DNA of 29,913 nucleotides from a virus (taxonomy: Duplodnaviria > Heunggongvirae > Uroviricota > Caudoviricetes), in the IMG/VR virus record IMGVR_UViG_2724678986_000028; one strand, written 5' to 3'. Below are positions 26,755 through 29,913 of this stretch, one piece after another. The first letter of the stretch is position 1; each line of letters opens with the position of its first letter. The translations under genes and the position numbers were made by a program. The notes beneath the pieces were generated by a model that was not told the origin of the DNA, did no database searches, and saw nothing but the letters and a program-made list of their open reading frames with translations.

Positions 26755-27243
26755 TCAGAGCAGCCCCTTAACTGAGCTGGTCGCGCTATTAAGGGATGAT
26801 GTCACCTTATCTTTGAAGCCGGACAACATATCGCTGAACGATGAGGATTGCAGGCGCTCCCGCAAATCCTCATCACAGCGTTCAAGAGTCAGTGAAAATT
26901 CTATCTTTTTCGCCTTACCGTAGCGATCAAACTCGGAGCGGGTCGTATTCGTTTCGGTCAGGACATACATGCCGTAAATCTGCCCGACGCCATCAATCAG
27001 AGGCCAGGGCCGTCCTGTATACGCCTGCGTGGTCAGCAGAGACAGCGACACTTCGCCACCTGTAATTTCAGGATAAAGCACACCAGAAAGAACGATGCGA
27101 TCATCACCTGCACCGATATACTGCCAGCTTGCTGAACGGTTAACGCGTTCATTTTTCACATGCCGCCAGCTTTTGTTTTGCTGTAACTGCTGATGCGGCA
27201 GCGTGCGCAGCTCAAAAACAAACATGCCATAGATCATCATCAT
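26755..27243 (-). CDS. U: Tail protein, P2 gpU-like
   Basis: Start taken at the third Met (MMMIYGMFVFEL), which has a GAGGAG RBS at correct spacing. Lies immediately downstream of the tape measure gene on the same strand, as T-U in P2. Family call is from recalled resemblance. Confidence 0.55.
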   Translation of the reverse strand: MMMIYGMFVFELRTLPHQQLQQNKSWRHVKNERVNRSASWQYIGAGDDRIVLSGVLYPEITGGEVSLSLLTTQAYTGRPWPLIDGVGQIYGMYVLTETNTTRSEFDRYGKAKKIEFSLTLERCDEDLRERLQSSSFSDMLSGFKDKVTSSLNSATSSVKGLL

Positions 27244-27255
27244 GGCCATGACTCC

Positions 27256-29913
27256 TCAATCTTTATCGTAAAAACTGCCACGCCCGGCACGGGCGCGCCG
27301 TTCCATTTCTGCCCTGACCATTTCACCGACCAGTTTCGCCAGTTCGCGGGGATTCTGCGTAACAACGTTATGCAGATGAACATGAATTTCACCGCCAAAT
27401 CTGGAGACAGCAGGCTCCCGATTACGGGAAGCTGCAGGAACTGATGCCACTGGCGATCGTATGGCCTCCGCCACCGGGCGGGAGCTGGCCGCAACAACAG
27501 GGACCAGCGCCGGAGGCAGCGGAGCCGGGACTACGGGTGTGATATTAATTGCGGGGGCAGGCTTACTGACCTGCGCAATCTTCCGCTCCTGCCACTCCCC
27601 ACGAACAGCAAGTGCGCGGGGCAGGTTCTTAAAGACAATATCGCCAGGGCCAATGCGTTTTTTCGTCTCATCAACCAGCTTACCTGTGTTATCAGCAATT
27701 TTGCTGAGTCTGCGTAGCGTCCCGGTATTGCTGTCTGTGAGCGGTTTGTTGTCTTTGGGTTTATCACCTCCGGTGCCATTGCCATTTTCCACAGGCTTCG
27801 GCGGATTGATTTTCGCCAGGTCCCCCTGAAGTAAGGCAACCTTATCCTGAAGAATGGCCGCACGCTGTGCGTCTTCGATTTTCTTGCGCGCCCTTTCCGC
27901 TTCATCCGGAAGGACGCCAAGTTTTTCAAGTATCCACGCCAGCGTATCCAGTAGCATTTTTGCAGGTGTCAGAACAAGTTGTAACGCACCGCCAAGAACG
28001 TTACCGAATATCTCGCCAGCACTGGTACATTTATCCAGCGTTTCCTTGCTGGACTCCATCGGTGACAGCAGCGATTTAAACCAGTTAAACACCTGGCTGA
28101 TCCCGCTTCCGATTGCGTCAAAAACAGGGCCAAACCGTTCAAAGGTTTCACGCAACGGGTTCAGCCTTTCCATAATCCCGCTGAACACCCCGGCAAAAAA
28201 TGCCCTGATGGGATCCCAGTATTTCCAGATAAGGACGGCAGCTCCGGCAAGCGCAGCCACGATAAGACCAACCGGACTGAACAGCGCCCCGATAGCGCCT
28301 CCCAGTAAAGAAACGGAACCCGTCACCATTCCCCATAGTGCTGGCAGGACCCTGACAGCATTCATTGATCCGGTCAGGAGAGAAAAACCAAGACGCAGTT
28401 TTGCCAGCGGACCAGCAAGCACACCAATAGCCAGCGACAACGAGCCAACCGTTGCAGTCATTGCCAGCAACGCACCGCCTGCTATCAGTAGCTGGCGCGT
28501 CAGTGCCGGATGGGCCTGCGCCAGCGCCGTCACCCTTGATACCACCCGCGTGAGCCACTGCGTGACAGAACGCAGCGGACCGTCAATCAGATCTGCAATG
28601 CGGATGCGCAACCCTTCCCATGCACTGCCGAGTGATTTCAGATCGCCGTCAAGGTTGTTGGCCATAACCTTTGCTGTGCGTTCAGCCTCACCGCGCGCGC
28701 CTTCAAGTTCTTTTCTCAGTTTGGGTAAGGAACCGTCACCCACTGCATCAACGAGCGCCATAAACGATGTGAAAGCCTCTTCTCCGGCAATGTCCTTAAA
28801 GAACGATACCCGGTCAACTTCCCCGTATTTGCGGGTGGCTTTATAAAGGTCGGCCAGCACATCCTCCATCGGGCGCATTTTACCCCCGGCATCCGAGACG
28901 GACACGCCCAGCTCTTTCAGAGCTTCTGCCGCCGCCTTTGGCGGTGATGCCAGACGAGCCAGGCTGGCACGCATTGCCGTCCCGGCATCACTCCCTCTGA
29001 TGCCCATATTCGCCAGCACACCAGCCATCGCTGCGGCCTGCTCCAGCGATATTCCCAGCTTACCCGCCACCGGACCTGCATATTTCATGGTTTCGCCCAG
29101 TGCGCGAAGGTCAGTGTTGGTACGGGTAAACGCTGCGGTGAGTGTGTCACCGACCCGGTCCATCTGGTCAGCAGAAAGGCCGAACTGCGTCAGGATATTT
29201 GAGCCAATATCTGCCGTCTCGCCGAGATCCATACCGCCAGCCGTTGCCATGCTCAGCACTCCGGGAAGCGCAGCCTGAATGGCCTGCGGTGTGAAGCCTG
29301 CCATTGCAAGAAATGCCTGCCCACTGGCGGCATCGCCTGCGGTGAACTGCGTTTCAGAGCCAAGTTTTAACGCCTGCTCACGCAGCGCCTTAAACTGCGG
29401 GCTGTTCTGGTCGATTCGCGTCAGCGCCTGAACGCGGGACATCTCTTTGCCGAACCCGATCGCGGGCTGCAAAAAACGCCCGGCAGCATAGCCGCCCGCC
29501 GCTGCCGCACCAATTGCCAGCGCACCACCTGTTTTCAGTTTTCCCGCGGTTTCCTGCGCGCGCGAATACCACTCACGCGCCCGCGTTACACGCGCAAGCG
29601 CCTGCCGTTCGCGTTCAAGCTGGTTGTTGTACTGTTCGGTGCGTCTGATGGCCTGCTGGATGGTGTTATCGCTGCCTGTCAGGGAAATGCCGTGGCGTTT
29701 CAGCTCTCCGCCAAGCTCCCGCATTTTCTGAATTTCCCGTGTGCGCGATTCATTCAGGCGTTCAAGCCGGGTGCTTAACTGCTGCATCAGCTTTTGTTGT
29801 TTTTCGCTGAGCACTGTACCCGTGCGTTGTAACTGATTAAGGGCGTTAAGCTGGCGTCGTGCTTTCACGATACCCGCATCCGCTTTACTGACAGCGTCGC
29901 GGGCGCGCTCAAA
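27256..29913 (-). CDS. T: Tail tape measure protein (gpT-like), 5' end beyond the window
   Basis: Reading frame is open to the window edge (the track start at 29868 is an internal GTG). Long helical, Ala/Gly-rich protein with hydrophobic central segments typical of tape measure proteins. Confidence 0.75.
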   Translation of the reverse strand, partial: FERARDAVSKADAGIVKARRQLNALNQLQRTGTVLSEKQQKLMQQLSTRLERLNESRTREIQKMRELGGELKRHGISLTGSDNTIQQAIRRTEQYNNQLERERQALARVTRAREWYSRAQETAGKLKTGGALAIGAAAAGGYAAGRFLQPAIGFGKEMSRVQALTRIDQNSPQFKALREQALKLGSETQFTAGDAASGQAFLAMAGFTPQAIQAALPGVLSMATAGGMDLGETADIGSNILTQFGLSADQMDRVGDTLTAAFTRTNTDLRALGETMKYAGPVAGKLGISLEQAAAMAGVLANMGIRGSDAGTAMRASLARLASPPKAAAEALKELGVSVSDAGGKMRPMEDVLADLYKATRKYGEVDRVSFFKDIAGEEAFTSFMALVDAVGDGSLPKLRKELEGARGEAERTAKVMANNLDGDLKSLGSAWEGLRIRIADLIDGPLRSVTQWLTRVVSRVTALAQAHPALTRQLLIAGGALLAMTATVGSLSLAIGVLAGPLAKLRLGFSLLTGSMNAVRVLPALWGMVTGSVSLLGGAIGALFSPVGLIVAALAGAAVLIWKYWDPIRAFFAGVFSGIMERLNPLRETFERFGPVFDAIGSGISQVFNWFKSLLSPMESSKETLDKCTSAGEIFGNVLGGALQLVLTPAKMLLDTLAWILEKLGVLPDEAERARKKIEDAQRAAILQDKVALLQGDLAKINPPKPVENGNGTGGDKPKDNKPLTDSNTGTLRRLSKIADNTGKLVDETKKRIGPGDIVFKNLPRALAVRGEWQERKIAQVSKPAPAINITPVVPAPLPPALVPVVAASSRPVAEAIRSPVASVPAASRNREPAVSRFGGEIHVHLHNVVTQNPRELAKLVGEMVRAEMERRARAGRGSFYDKD

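Noticed and set aside
27854-28846. 330-aa plus-strand ORF and neighbours inside the tape measure gene
   Set aside because: Antisense to the tape measure ORF; Ser/Ala/Pro-rich translation; no RBS.
1-29913. CRISPR arrays, tRNA or rRNA genes, IS elements
   Set aside because: No repeat-spacer periodicity, no tRNA-like cloverleaf candidates noticed, and no transposase-like ORFs with terminal inverted repeats. The window starts at the int stop, so any att-associated tRNA would lie outside it.

Overview
The window is most of a P2-family temperate myovirus prophage, starting exactly at the integrase stop codon. Order: int (-) <- two cargo genes (-) <- HTH immunity repressor (-) | divergent early operon (+): RHH regulator, Cox-like protein, seven small ORFs, HUH rolling-circle initiator gpA -> ParM/ParR-like partition cassette plus an unknown 196-aa gene -> ~490 bp noncoding cos-type region -> portal Q and terminase P (-) -> capsid genes O, N, M, L -> X, holin, M15-type endolysin, overlapped spanins -> an inserted DUF1737/SASA-type esterase gene broken by a 192-nt N run -> R, S, V, W, J, I, tail fibre H, tail fibre assembly protein -> AT-rich hexapeptide acetyltransferase (-) -> gpU-like protein and tape measure on the minus strand, the latter running off the window end. 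No rRNA, tRNA or CRISPR array was seen. The cargo worth most attention is the ParMR cassette in the A-to-cos accessory slot, the two-gene insert inside the repressor-integrase operon, and the esterase/acetyltransferase pair. All homology statements rest on reading the translations and on recalled family features; no database search was run.
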